64,000 bases of DNA from Sneathiellales bacterium (lineage in GTDB: Bacteria; Pseudomonadota; Alphaproteobacteria; JANQFL01): the NCBI GenBank assembly GCA_028277845.1, contig JANQFL010000087.1:13704-77703 (forward strand), written 5' to 3'. Of the stretch, positions 37,487-46,211 are shown in pieces. Position numbers and translations under genes: made by a program. Each line of letters opens with the position of its first letter. Position 1 is the first letter of the stretch. A model generated the notes under the pieces. That model saw nothing but the letters and a program-made list of their open reading frames with translations, was not told the origin of the DNA and ran no database searches.

Positions 37487-37894
37487 ATGAGTTCTGTGTT
37501 CAACATCGGTGTCTCGGGCCTGCATGCGGCCGTGACGCGCACGTCGGTATCCGCCAACAACATCGTCAACGCACGCAGCAATCCGGTCCGCCCCGCCTCG
37601 GCTCCGCCGCCGGCCAACCCCGATCCGGCGCAAACGGAATTCCAAGCCCTGAAGGTTTATCAGAAAGCCGTGGAAGGCGGGGGGACACAGGCCTACACCA
37701 GACCGGTGACACCGCCGGCTGTTCAGGTACCCGATCCGTATGCCGAGGACGGTTCCGGCGTCAGCTACGTGCCCAACGTGTCCTACGAAGTGGAATTCGT
37801 TGAACAGATCCGTGCCGAACATGCCTACAAGGCCTCGGCCAAGGTGATCGAAACGGCCAAGGAAATGGACGAGACCCTGCTCGACATTATCTAG
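37487..37894 (+). CDS. flagellar basal-body rod protein, FlgC-like
   Basis: N-terminal rod motif (FNIGVSGLHAAVTRTSVSANNIVNA) and C-terminal rod motif (DPYAEDGSGVSYVPNVSYEVEFVEQIRAEHAYKASAKV); the middle is proline-rich. ORF could start 7 codons earlier (37466). Confidence 0.55.
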   Translation: MSSVFNIGVSGLHAAVTRTSVSANNIVNARSNPVRPASAPPPANPDPAQTEFQALKVYQKAVEGGGTQAYTRPVTPPAVQVPDPYAEDGSGVSYVPNVSYEVEFVEQIRAEHAYKASAKVIETAKEMDETLLDII

Positions 37895-37950
37895 ACCACG
37901 ACAACTGCCGGTTTGATGCTATGCTGCGCGCACCCTCAAATCGGCGCGTC

Positions 37951-38763
37951 ATGGATACTTTCATTCGCATCGCCATTTATGTCGGCATCGGTTATGTGCT
38001 GATCGTGATTTTGGCCGCCTGTTTCCAGCGCTCTTTGCTGTACTTTCCCGACCAGAACCTGCCGGCGCCGCAGGCGGTCGGCGCAACCGGGTTTGCCGCG
38101 GTCAGGTTGACCACCACCGACGGGCTCGACCTGACATCCTGGTACCTGCCGCCGCGATCGGAAGAGAACCCGGTGATCGTGCTGTTTCACGGCAACGCGG
38201 GCAATATCGCACACCGGCTTTTCAAGGCGGTGCCGCTGGCGAGTTCGGGCTACGGTATCCTATTGCTGGAGTACCGCGGCTATGGCGGGAACCCCGGCAG
38301 TCCGACGGAGGAAGGGCTGTATCACGACGGCCGGGCGGCGATCGCGTTCCTGCGCGCGAACGGCGTGTTCGAAAACCGTATCGTCTTGTACGGCGAATCT
38401 CTCGGCAGTGGCGTCGCGGTGCAGATGGCGACAGAGATCACGGCGGGTGCCTTGATACTCGAGGCGCCCTATACCTCCATCCCCGAGGTTGCCGGCAAGC
38501 ACTATCCCATCCTGCCGACCGAATGGCTGACCAAGGACAAGTTCCGCAACAAGGACAAGATTACGGACCTGAACGAGCCGCTGCTTATCGTGCATGGCGC
38601 CAAGGACGACATCATCCCCGTGCAAATGGGCCGCCAGCTCTATGCCCTGGCGCCGACGCCCAAGAAATCCTTCTGGGTGCTGGGCGCTGGACACAATGAC
38701 GTGTTCGGCCCCGAGGTAGCCGACGAGGTGCTCATGTTCATCGACAAATACGTAAATGGCTAA
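37951..38763 (+). CDS. alpha/beta-fold hydrolase with N-terminal membrane anchor
   Basis: TM helix (IAIYVGIGYVLIVILAA), HGNAGN oxyanion-region motif and nucleophile elbow GESLGSG. Confidence 0.7.
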   Translation: MDTFIRIAIYVGIGYVLIVILAACFQRSLLYFPDQNLPAPQAVGATGFAAVRLTTTDGLDLTSWYLPPRSEENPVIVLFHGNAGNIAHRLFKAVPLASSGYGILLLEYRGYGGNPGSPTEEGLYHDGRAAIAFLRANGVFENRIVLYGESLGSGVAVQMATEITAGALILEAPYTSIPEVAGKHYPILPTEWLTKDKFRNKDKITDLNEPLLIVHGAKDDIIPVQMGRQLYALAPTPKKSFWVLGAGHNDVFGPEVADEVLMFIDKYVNG

Positions 38764-39194
38764 AACGCGCCAGCCTCTTCAAATGCTTTCGATATGGCCT
38801 GAAACGGCAGCATGACGCAGATATGACGGCTTTTGTGGCCGGCGACCGGCGTGAACGCATCCAGTTCGGCCCATTCGCCGTCGGGCGGGTTTTCACCCTT
38901 CTTCAGAATGGCCTCCAATTGCGCGGCGACGGCGGCGATTTCTTTCGCGTCGTGTCCCTTGGCGTGGCCGCCGACGACGGAAGCCGAAGCCTGGCACAAC
39001 ACGCAAGCGCGTACCTTGTGGGCAAGCTCGATGACCCGGCCGTTTTCATCCAGCTTGATTTCCAGGGTAATGCGGTCGCCGCACAGGGGATTGTCCACCG
39101 TCACCTTGGCATCGGGCTGGTCCAGTTGACCGGCGCCCACGGCATCGGCAGCCAGGCGCAACAATTGTTTCTGATAGATCTCGTCACTCATCAT
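38760..39194 (-). CDS. Fe-S cluster assembly scaffold/sulfur-acceptor protein (NifU N-terminal/SufU-like)
   Basis: Three conserved Cys contexts (NPLCGD, ACVLCQAS, HICVML); immediately downstream of the cysteine desulfurase with 7 nt spacing. Confidence 0.65.
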   Translation of the reverse strand: MMSDEIYQKQLLRLAADAVGAGQLDQPDAKVTVDNPLCGDRITLEIKLDENGRVIELAHKVRACVLCQASASVVGGHAKGHDAKEIAAVAAQLEAILKKGENPPDGEWAELDAFTPVAGHKSRHICVMLPFQAISKAFEEAGAF

Positions 39195-39200
39195 CCGTAC

Positions 39201-40436
39201 TCAAACAAGTTTACCCATGGCGTCGTCCAAACCGCTCAATAGCGCTTCCACGTCGGCATCGTCGTTGTAAACGGCGAGGCTGGCCCGCGTCGTGCCGATG
39301 ACGTCGTAGAAGTCCATCAGCGGCTGGGCGCAATGATGGCCACCGCGTAATGCCACGCCATGACCGTCGAGGATTTGGCAAATGTCGTGCGGGTGTGCGC
39401 CTTCGATATCGAAGGAAATGACCGGTAGGCGTGATTGCAACCCTTTCGGCCCGATCAGCCTGATGATGCCGCGGCCTTTGTCGAGATTGTCCAGGCCGTC
39501 GATGATGCGTCCGGTGAGACGGCTGAGATGCCCGGCCACCGCCGCCGTATCCACGCCCTGCAGCCATTCCGCCGCCGCCGCCATGCCGACCGCTTGGGCA
39601 ATGGGCGGGGTGCCCGCCTCGAACCGGTGGGGCGGTGGGGCGAATACGGTTTCCTCGATGGTCACCCGGTGAATCATTTCGCCGCCGCCATGGAAGGGCG
39701 GCATGTCGGCCAGAAGCTCGGCTCGGCCCCACAACACGCCGATGCCGTTGGGTCCGAACATCTTGTGGCCGGAGAAGGCGTAGAAATCCACGTCCAGCGC
39801 CTGTACGTCGATGGCGCCGTGGGGCACCCGCTGGGCACCGTCGAGCAACACCTTGGCGCCCACGGCCCGGGCCGCCTCGACCACCCGGCCGACGGCGGTT
39901 TCCGCGCCGGTGACGTTGGAGACATGGGTAACCGCGACCAGCTTGCACTTCTCCGTCACCAGATCGGCCAGGGCGTCCACGTCCAGCCGGCCATCAGGCG
40001 TGGCCGGCACGACCTTGAGCACCACGCCGGTGAGGTCGCGCAATAACTGCCACGGCACGATGTTCGAATGATGCTCGAGCACCGAAATGACGATCTCGTC
40101 ACCCGCACTCAAACCATTGCCGAAGCTGTGCGCCACCAGGTTGATGGCGCCTGTCGTGCCGGAGGTGAAAACCACCTCGTCGGCATCCGCCGCGTTGACG
40201 AACCGGGCCAGGGTATGACGGGCCTGCTCGAACGCCTCGGTCGCTTCCTCGGCCAGGGTGTGCACGCTGCGCAGCACGTTTGCCCGGTGCCGGGTCTCGT
40301 GCTGTTGTATAGCGTCGAGCACGGCCGCCGGCATTTGCGCCGTCGCACCGTTGTCCAGGTAGTGCAGGGCGCTACCCTGAATGTCGCGGTCCAGTATCGG
40401 GAACTGCCGGCGGATCGGCGTCGGGTCAAACCCCAT
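39201..40436 (-). CDS. sufS: cysteine desulfurase, SufS type (class V aminotransferase)
   Basis: PLP-lysine region FYAFSGHKMFGPNGIGVL and active-site Cys region RGGHHCAQP. Confidence 0.85.
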   Translation of the reverse strand: MGFDPTPIRRQFPILDRDIQGSALHYLDNGATAQMPAAVLDAIQQHETRHRANVLRSVHTLAEEATEAFEQARHTLARFVNAADADEVVFTSGTTGAINLVAHSFGNGLSAGDEIVISVLEHHSNIVPWQLLRDLTGVVLKVVPATPDGRLDVDALADLVTEKCKLVAVTHVSNVTGAETAVGRVVEAARAVGAKVLLDGAQRVPHGAIDVQALDVDFYAFSGHKMFGPNGIGVLWGRAELLADMPPFHGGGEMIHRVTIEETVFAPPPHRFEAGTPPIAQAVGMAAAAEWLQGVDTAAVAGHLSRLTGRIIDGLDNLDKGRGIIRLIGPKGLQSRLPVISFDIEGAHPHDICQILDGHGVALRGGHHCAQPLMDFYDVIGTTRASLAVYNDDADVEALLSGLDDAMGKLV

Positions 40437-42076
40437 TACGTTGCTGCCTTCTTGTAATCGCTGAGTGCCTGAACGGTGTCGATATCGATCAGGATGGCGT
40501 CGTCCTCGACGGGCACTTCACAGACCATTTCCTCGTTTTCGCCGATAATGTGCCGGGCCCCCACATCGCCGGAAATCTTCCGCATGGCGGAAAACAGTTC
40601 GGCCGGCCACAGCACCGGATTGCCGCGCTTGCCGTCATAAGTGGGTACGCAGACGCCGCGGCCCTCCAGCGGATTGAAGGCGGCAATCAGCTTGTTGACC
40701 AAGGATGCCGATACCCTGGGCATATCGCCGAGACAGACGACCGCACCGTCGACGTCGCTGCCGAACGCGGATTCCACGTGACCGATGCCGACTTTCAGCG
40801 ATGTGCTCAAGCCGGCGGCGTAGTCGGGGTTGTGCACGAAACGCACGTCCAGATCCTTGAGAATGTCACGGACATTGTCCTGTTCGTGCCCGGTGACGAC
40901 GACGATATCGCGGACATGACTGGCCGAGACGTTTTCCACCACCCGGCGCACCATGGCGATGCCGTCGATATCGGCCAAAAGCTTGTTGATGGCGCCCATG
41001 CGCCGGGACTGGCCGGCGGCCAGGATGACGGCGGCAATTCGCGGTTCGTGGGGCACGACAGGCTCCAACTTTTCCCGGGGTTGCGGACGGCTGACGATTT
41101 CCTTGAGCAACCCGCCGCCACCCATGCGCATGATGTCGGTGCGTGAGGTGTCGATCCCGGCGGCAATACGCTGCAGCACCCAGTCGAAGCCATTCAGCTT
41201 CAGCGACCGGGCACAGCCGGGCACGCCGATGACCGGATCGTCGCCATGATGGGCCAGCAGCAGCAGATTGCCCGGATCGACAGGCATGCCGAAATGGTCG
41301 ACCGTGCCGCCGGCATCCTCGATGCCGGCCGGCACCACGTCGCGGCGGTCGACGATGGCGGAGGCGCCGAAGACCAGGATCGGACTGTAGCCTTGCGCCT
41401 TCAACGAGCCGACGGCCGCCGCGATTTCGTCCTGCCGGTGCCGGCAACGCAGTTCAATACCCAACGTACTGTCGAGCGCCGCAAGCCGGGTCCGCACGGT
41501 CTCCGAGGTTTTGTCGAGAATGCTCTCCTTCATGCCCTCGACGCTGGTCAGCACCAGGCCGGCGTTCATCGGCTTATACGCGGCCAGCTGCAGCAACGGC
41601 GCATTGTCCGCCGCGACCTGCTCCCAGGCATCCAGGGTGGCTTCAGGCGTGGAGAAGGGGATGATCTTGATGGTCGCCACCAGTTGTCCGGCCCGCACGG
41701 GCTCGTAGCGGTTCAGGGTAGCGATAGTCACGGTTTCGTCGATCAGGTTGAGCGCATCGATGCATTCGGGATCGAAATCCAGCAGGCCGTCGCCGTCGGC
41801 CACCAGGTTGCATCGGCCGGTGAACGGCACCGCCATACGCAGGCCTTCACCGCAGACCGCGGCGGCGATGCGGGCGGCGGCTTCGTCCTCGTGTACGTCG
41901 CCGTCTTCGAGCCGGGCCGCGATGACTTCGGTGACGCCGGCCGCCGTCAGGGCCGCGACGTCGTCCTCGTTCAGCAGACGCCCCTTTTTGAACCGGGCGC
42001 CCGACGCATTGGTACTGTGGGCCAGTATGGCGCCAGCGGCGTCCGCGACCGGGATGGTGCCGAAGCGCACGGTCAA
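40436..42076 (-). CDS. molybdopterin-binding domain fused to MobA/MocA-like nucleotidyltransferase (molybdenum cofactor cytidylyltransferase-like)
   Basis: N-terminal MoeA/CinA-like molybdopterin-binding region; C-terminal NTP-transferase motif AAVILAAGQSRRMG. Confidence 0.65.
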   Translation of the reverse strand: MTVRFGTIPVADAAGAILAHSTNASGARFKKGRLLNEDDVAALTAAGVTEVIAARLEDGDVHEDEAAARIAAAVCGEGLRMAVPFTGRCNLVADGDGLLDFDPECIDALNLIDETVTIATLNRYEPVRAGQLVATIKIIPFSTPEATLDAWEQVAADNAPLLQLAAYKPMNAGLVLTSVEGMKESILDKTSETVRTRLAALDSTLGIELRCRHRQDEIAAAVGSLKAQGYSPILVFGASAIVDRRDVVPAGIEDAGGTVDHFGMPVDPGNLLLLAHHGDDPVIGVPGCARSLKLNGFDWVLQRIAAGIDTSRTDIMRMGGGGLLKEIVSRPQPREKLEPVVPHEPRIAAVILAAGQSRRMGAINKLLADIDGIAMVRRVVENVSASHVRDIVVVTGHEQDNVRDILKDLDVRFVHNPDYAAGLSTSLKVGIGHVESAFGSDVDGAVVCLGDMPRVSASLVNKLIAAFNPLEGRGVCVPTYDGKRGNPVLWPAELFSAMRKISGDVGARHIIGENEEMVCEVPVEDDAILIDIDTVQALSDYKKAAT

Positions 42077-42762
42077 CCCCGCCGGAAGGTCTGTACGACC
42101 TCCGCCAACACGGACACGGCGATCTCGGCGGGCGACTTAGCGCCGATATCCAGGCCGATGGGGCCATGGATGCGGGCCATGTCGTCGTCCGTGAAGCCTT
42201 CCGCCCGCAGTCGTTCCAACCGGGCGGCGTGGGTGCGGTTGCTGCCCAGCGCGCCGATATAACTGGCGTTGGAGCGTAAGGCGGTGACCAGGGCCGGATC
42301 GTCGATCTTGGGATCGTGGGTGAGGGTGACGATGGCGCACTGGCTGTCGAGGGACCGTTCCGCCAGGGCGTCATCGGGCCAGTCGTTGGACAGGTCGATG
42401 CCGGGAAAACGCTGTTCGTTGGCAAAAGCCCGGCGCGGATCGATAACCGAGACCTGAAAACCGGCCACGGACGCCATGGAAACCAGGGCCTGGGTTATGT
42501 GCACGGCGCCGACCACGAACATGCGTTTCGGCGGATTGAAGACATTGAGAAACAGCTTGTCGCCGGCCACCTCGACCACGCCGCCGCGATCCGAGCGGAA
42601 GGCATTGCGCACGGCGTCGACCAGCACCGGATCGGCGTCCGAGGTATCCAGTTCCGATTCGTAGAAGAACGCCTGATCCCCGGACTCCAGGTTCGTCGCC
42701 AATACGACCGGCACCTTGCCGGCGCGGTCGGCGATGAGCTGTTCGAGATCCTGGGTTCTCAT
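42073..42762 (-). CDS. XdhC/CoxI-family accessory protein, Rossmann-like C-terminal part
   Basis: XdhC C-terminal-like sequence (MFVVGAVHITQALVSMA...GALGS); overlapping stop/start with neighbours. Confidence 0.6.
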   Translation of the reverse strand: MRTQDLEQLIADRAGKVPVVLATNLESGDQAFFYESELDTSDADPVLVDAVRNAFRSDRGGVVEVAGDKLFLNVFNPPKRMFVVGAVHITQALVSMASVAGFQVSVIDPRRAFANEQRFPGIDLSNDWPDDALAERSLDSQCAIVTLTHDPKIDDPALVTALRSNASYIGALGSNRTHAARLERLRAEGFTDDDMARIHGPIGLDIGAKSPAEIAVSVLAEVVQTFRRG

Positions 42763-42780
42763 CCGGTTCTATCCGCCCGC

Positions 42781-43128
42781 TCAGTCGATTTTTTCCACGA
42801 AGACTTGAATCTTACCGCCGCAGGCCAGGCCCACTTCCCAGGCCTCGCTGTTGCTGACGCCGAATTCCAGCAGCCGGGGTTTGCCCTCCTGGATGACTTC
42901 CTGGGCTTCCTGCACGACGGCGCCTTCGATGCAACCGCCGCTAACTGATCCCGCCATCTGGCCGTCCTCGTCGATGGCCAGCAGGCTGCCGACCGGCCGA
43001 GGGGCCGATCCCCAGGTCGATACGACCGTCGCCAGAGCGACTTGCTTGCCGTCGCGGGTCCACGTTGCGGCTTTCTCCAAAATATCGTCGTGGCCGCCGG
43101 GATCGATGGTCGCTGTCGCCTGTGTCAT
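42781..43128 (-). CDS. XdhC/CoxI-family accessory protein, N-terminal domain (split gene)
   Basis: XdhC N-terminal-like motif (VALATVVSTWGSAPRPVGSLLAI); start at Met 7 gives ATGA overlap with the coxE stop. Confidence 0.6.
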   Translation of the reverse strand: MTQATATIDPGGHDDILEKAATWTRDGKQVALATVVSTWGSAPRPVGSLLAIDEDGQMAGSVSGGCIEGAVVQEAQEVIQEGKPRLLEFGVSNSEAWEVGLACGGKIQVFVEKID

Positions 43129-44339
43129 GCCGCTTGTGTGCTCCATTCCGAGACGCTTTCTTCGGTCCGCGGGCCCTGTTTCATCAAGGCATCCGCCAGG
43201 TCCTGCAGACTATTCAAGTTATGAACCGGCCGGAAATCGTCAACATGGGGAAGAATGGCCTGTATGCCCTTTGATTTGGGCTCGAAGCCGCTGTAACGCA
43301 ACAAGGGATTAAGCCAGATCAGCCGACGGCACGACTTGTGCAGCCGCTCCATCTGGCTGTCCAGGCCTTCGCCGGCGTCCCGGTCCAAACCGTCGCTGAT
43401 CAGCAGCAATACGGCGCCTTGCCCCAGAACCCGGCGCGACCAAACGGTGTTGAACTCTTTCAGGCATTCGCCGATGCGGGTGCCGCCGGACCAGTCCTCG
43501 ACCACTTCGCCGACCTTTTGCAGCGCTACGTCGACGTCGCTTTGCCGCAGATACCGGGTCACGTTGGTCAAACGGGTGCCGAAAGTAAAGGTATGCACCC
43601 GGTCCCGGTCGTTGGTGATGGCGTGCAGGAAATGCAGGAACATGCGCGAATAGTGGCTCATGGAGCCGGACACGTCGCACAGGATGACCAGCGGCGGGTG
43701 CCGGAGCGAGCGGGATCGCCGGCGCAACGGGATCTGGCTGCCGCCGGTACGCAGGCCTGCACGCATGGACCGGCGCATATCGATGCGCGGGCCACTGGGA
43801 TCGGCGACGAACCGCCGGGTCGGCACCTGCATGATGGGCAGGCGCATGCGGGCGATGATGGCCTTGGCCTTGGCAATTTCCTCGGCGGACATGGATTCGA
43901 AATCCATGGTGCGCAGCATTTCCTTGTCGGAATAGGTCAGGGTGGCATCGAGCTCGACCTCCCGCTCATCACCTTCGCGCTCGCTGACATCCGGCGTATC
44001 GCCGAACATGGCATCGGCAAGACGCTTGTCGCCGGCCGCCTTCTCCTTTTCCTCGCCTTCGGTCCGCACGGTCGGCAGCAGCATGGCCATGGCCTTTTCC
44101 AGCATCTGCGGATTGCGCCAGAAGACATGAAATGCTTGATCGAACAACTCGCGCTGGTCGCGCCGGTTGACGAACACGCAGTGCAGGGCCCAGTAGAAAT
44201 CCTGACGGTTTTCCAGCCCGGCCGCCTCGACCGCGCGGACGGCGTCGATCACCCGGCCGGGTCCGACCGGCAGACCGGCCGCGCGCAAGACCCGCGCGAA
44301 GTACATGATGTTCTCGAAGAGGCGACCGTGCACTGCCAT
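43125..44339 (-). CDS. coxE: VWA-domain CO dehydrogenase accessory protein CoxE
   Basis: C-terminal VWA domain with MIDAS-like DVSGSMS. Confidence 0.75.
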   Translation of the reverse strand: MAVHGRLFENIMYFARVLRAAGLPVGPGRVIDAVRAVEAAGLENRQDFYWALHCVFVNRRDQRELFDQAFHVFWRNPQMLEKAMAMLLPTVRTEGEEKEKAAGDKRLADAMFGDTPDVSEREGDEREVELDATLTYSDKEMLRTMDFESMSAEEIAKAKAIIARMRLPIMQVPTRRFVADPSGPRIDMRRSMRAGLRTGGSQIPLRRRSRSLRHPPLVILCDVSGSMSHYSRMFLHFLHAITNDRDRVHTFTFGTRLTNVTRYLRQSDVDVALQKVGEVVEDWSGGTRIGECLKEFNTVWSRRVLGQGAVLLLISDGLDRDAGEGLDSQMERLHKSCRRLIWLNPLLRYSGFEPKSKGIQAILPHVDDFRPVHNLNSLQDLADALMKQGPRTEESVSEWSTQAA

Positions 44340-44354
44340 GGAACTGCCGCCGCT

Positions 44355-45275
44355 CTACTTGGGTGCTGCCGCCATCTCCTGGTCGATGGCTTTCAGCATG
44401 TTGGCGGCCTCGCTGCCCTGAACCTTGGCGATATCGTCCTGGTATTTGAGCAGCGCGCCGAGGGTGTTGTTGACCGTCTCGGGGTCGAGCACCATGACGT
44501 CCAGTTGCTGCAGGGCCTTGGCCCAATCGATGGTCTCGGCGATGCCGGGCAGTTTGAACAGGTCGCCGGTGCGCAGTTTCTGCACGAAGGCGACGATCTG
44601 TTCGGCCAGACGCTCATCCGCACCGGGCACCTTGCGCTCGAGGATTTCCAGTTCGCGGGCGGCATCCGGGTAGTCGACCCAGTGATACAGACAACGCCGC
44701 TTCAGGGCGTCGTGAATCTCGCGGGTCCGGTTCGAGGTGACGATGACGATGGGCGGTTCCGGGGCTTTGATGGTGCCGATTTCCGGGATGGTGATCTGGT
44801 TGTCGGCCAGGACCTCGAGCAGGAAGGCCTCGAACGCCTCGTCGGAGCGGTCCAGTTCGTCGATCAGCAGCACGGGCGCGCCGCCGGCATGAGGTTCGAG
44901 CGCCTGCAATAGGGGCCGCTCGATCAGGAACTTGCGGGAGAAGATGTCCTTGCTGAGCACGTCGCGGTCGGTGACTCCTTCCGCCTCCGCCAGGCGGATT
45001 TCGATCATCTGGGCTTGGTAATTCCATTCGTAGACGGCGGAAGCGGAATCCAGGCCCTCGTAACACTGCAGACGGACCAGATCGCGGCCCAGAACCTCCG
45101 AGAGGACCTTGGCGATTTCGGTCTTGCCGACCCCGGCTTCCCCTTCCAGGAACAACGGGCGTTGCAGCGATAGGCTGAGGTAAAGCGTCGTCGCCAGAGA
45201 GCGGTCGGAGACATAGTCCCCTTCGGTCAGCATGGCCAGGGTGTCGTCAACGGATGAGGGCAGGGGTCGTGTCAT
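44355..45275 (-). CDS. coxD: MoxR-like AAA+ ATPase CoxD
   Basis: Walker A GEAGVGKT and Walker B LLIDELDR. Confidence 0.8.
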   Translation of the reverse strand: MTRPLPSSVDDTLAMLTEGDYVSDRSLATTLYLSLSLQRPLFLEGEAGVGKTEIAKVLSEVLGRDLVRLQCYEGLDSASAVYEWNYQAQMIEIRLAEAEGVTDRDVLSKDIFSRKFLIERPLLQALEPHAGGAPVLLIDELDRSDEAFEAFLLEVLADNQITIPEIGTIKAPEPPIVIVTSNRTREIHDALKRRCLYHWVDYPDAARELEILERKVPGADERLAEQIVAFVQKLRTGDLFKLPGIAETIDWAKALQQLDVMVLDPETVNNTLGALLKYQDDIAKVQGSEAANMLKAIDQEMAAAPK

Positions 45276-45401
45276 CGGGGCACCGGTACAGATCGGACAA
45301 ACGGAAACGAGGGGAGGCGGTGCCTCCCCTCGTTCAACTTAGTGACGAATCCCCCTGCCGACCAGCCCAAAAGGCCTATTTCGGCTAAGGATTCCGCGTC
45401 A

Positions 45402-46199
45402 TCAGCCGCCCGCGGCGTCCGCCGCCCGGCCGGCCATGACCTTGACCAGATGGGCGCGGTATTCCGGCGTGGCGTGAATATCGCTATTGAGGCCATCGGC
45501 GGATACCGAAGCGCCGTCCAACGCCGACGACGACAGACCACCGGCCAGAGCCTGTTCCAGCGAGGACGCCCGGAACACACACGGTCCCGCGCCGGTCACG
45601 GCCACGCGCACGCCGCCGCCGGTCTTGGCCACCATGACACCTACTAGGGCATAACGGGATGCCGGATTGTGGAACTTCTGGTAATTGGCTGCCTCCGGAA
45701 CCGGGAAGGAAACCGAGGTGATCAGTTCCCCTTCTTCCAACGCGGTTTCGAACATGCCGGTGAAGAAGTCATCCGCGGCGATGCTACGCTTGTTGGTGTT
45801 GACCGTGGCGTTGAGTCCGAGCACCGCCGCCGGATAGTCCGCCGCCGGGTCGTTGTTGGCGATGGAGCCCCCGATGGTGCCACGGTTGCGGACCTGGGGG
45901 TCGCCAATGCCGCCGGCGAGGGCGGCGAGGGCGAGAATGGCCGCAGCCACATCGCCGGATGCCGCCACGTCGGCGTGCCTGGTCATGGCGCCGATGGTCA
46001 CCGAATCGCCGGACACGGTAATGCCCTGCAATTCGGATACACCGGACAGGTCGACCAAGTCGGACGGCGCCGCCAGACGCTGTTTCAGCGTCGGGATCAG
46101 CGTCTGTCCACCGGCAAGGAAACTGCCGTCTTCTGCGCCCGCCGCTGCTGCAGCCGCATCAGCGACACTGCCGGGCTTGTGATATTGAAAGTCATGCAT
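45402..46199 (-). CDS. coxM: CO dehydrogenase/xanthine dehydrogenase-family FAD-binding medium subunit
   Basis: FAD-binding LAGGQTLIP motif and medium-subunit C-terminal region. Confidence 0.8.
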   Translation of the reverse strand: MHDFQYHKPGSVADAAAAAAGAEDGSFLAGGQTLIPTLKQRLAAPSDLVDLSGVSELQGITVSGDSVTIGAMTRHADVAASGDVAAAILALAALAGGIGDPQVRNRGTIGGSIANNDPAADYPAAVLGLNATVNTNKRSIAADDFFTGMFETALEEGELITSVSFPVPEAANYQKFHNPASRYALVGVMVAKTGGGVRVAVTGAGPCVFRASSLEQALAGGLSSSALDGASVSADGLNSDIHATPEYRAHLVKVMAGRAADAAGG

Positions 46200-46211
46200 G
46201 ATTCGCTTCCC

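Noticed and set aside
39211-39948. 245 aa minus-strand ORF and several 80-200 aa Arg/Pro-rich ORFs inside sufS and elsewhere
   Set aside because: Alternative-frame artefacts within well-supported genes; compositions dominated by R, P, G and A.
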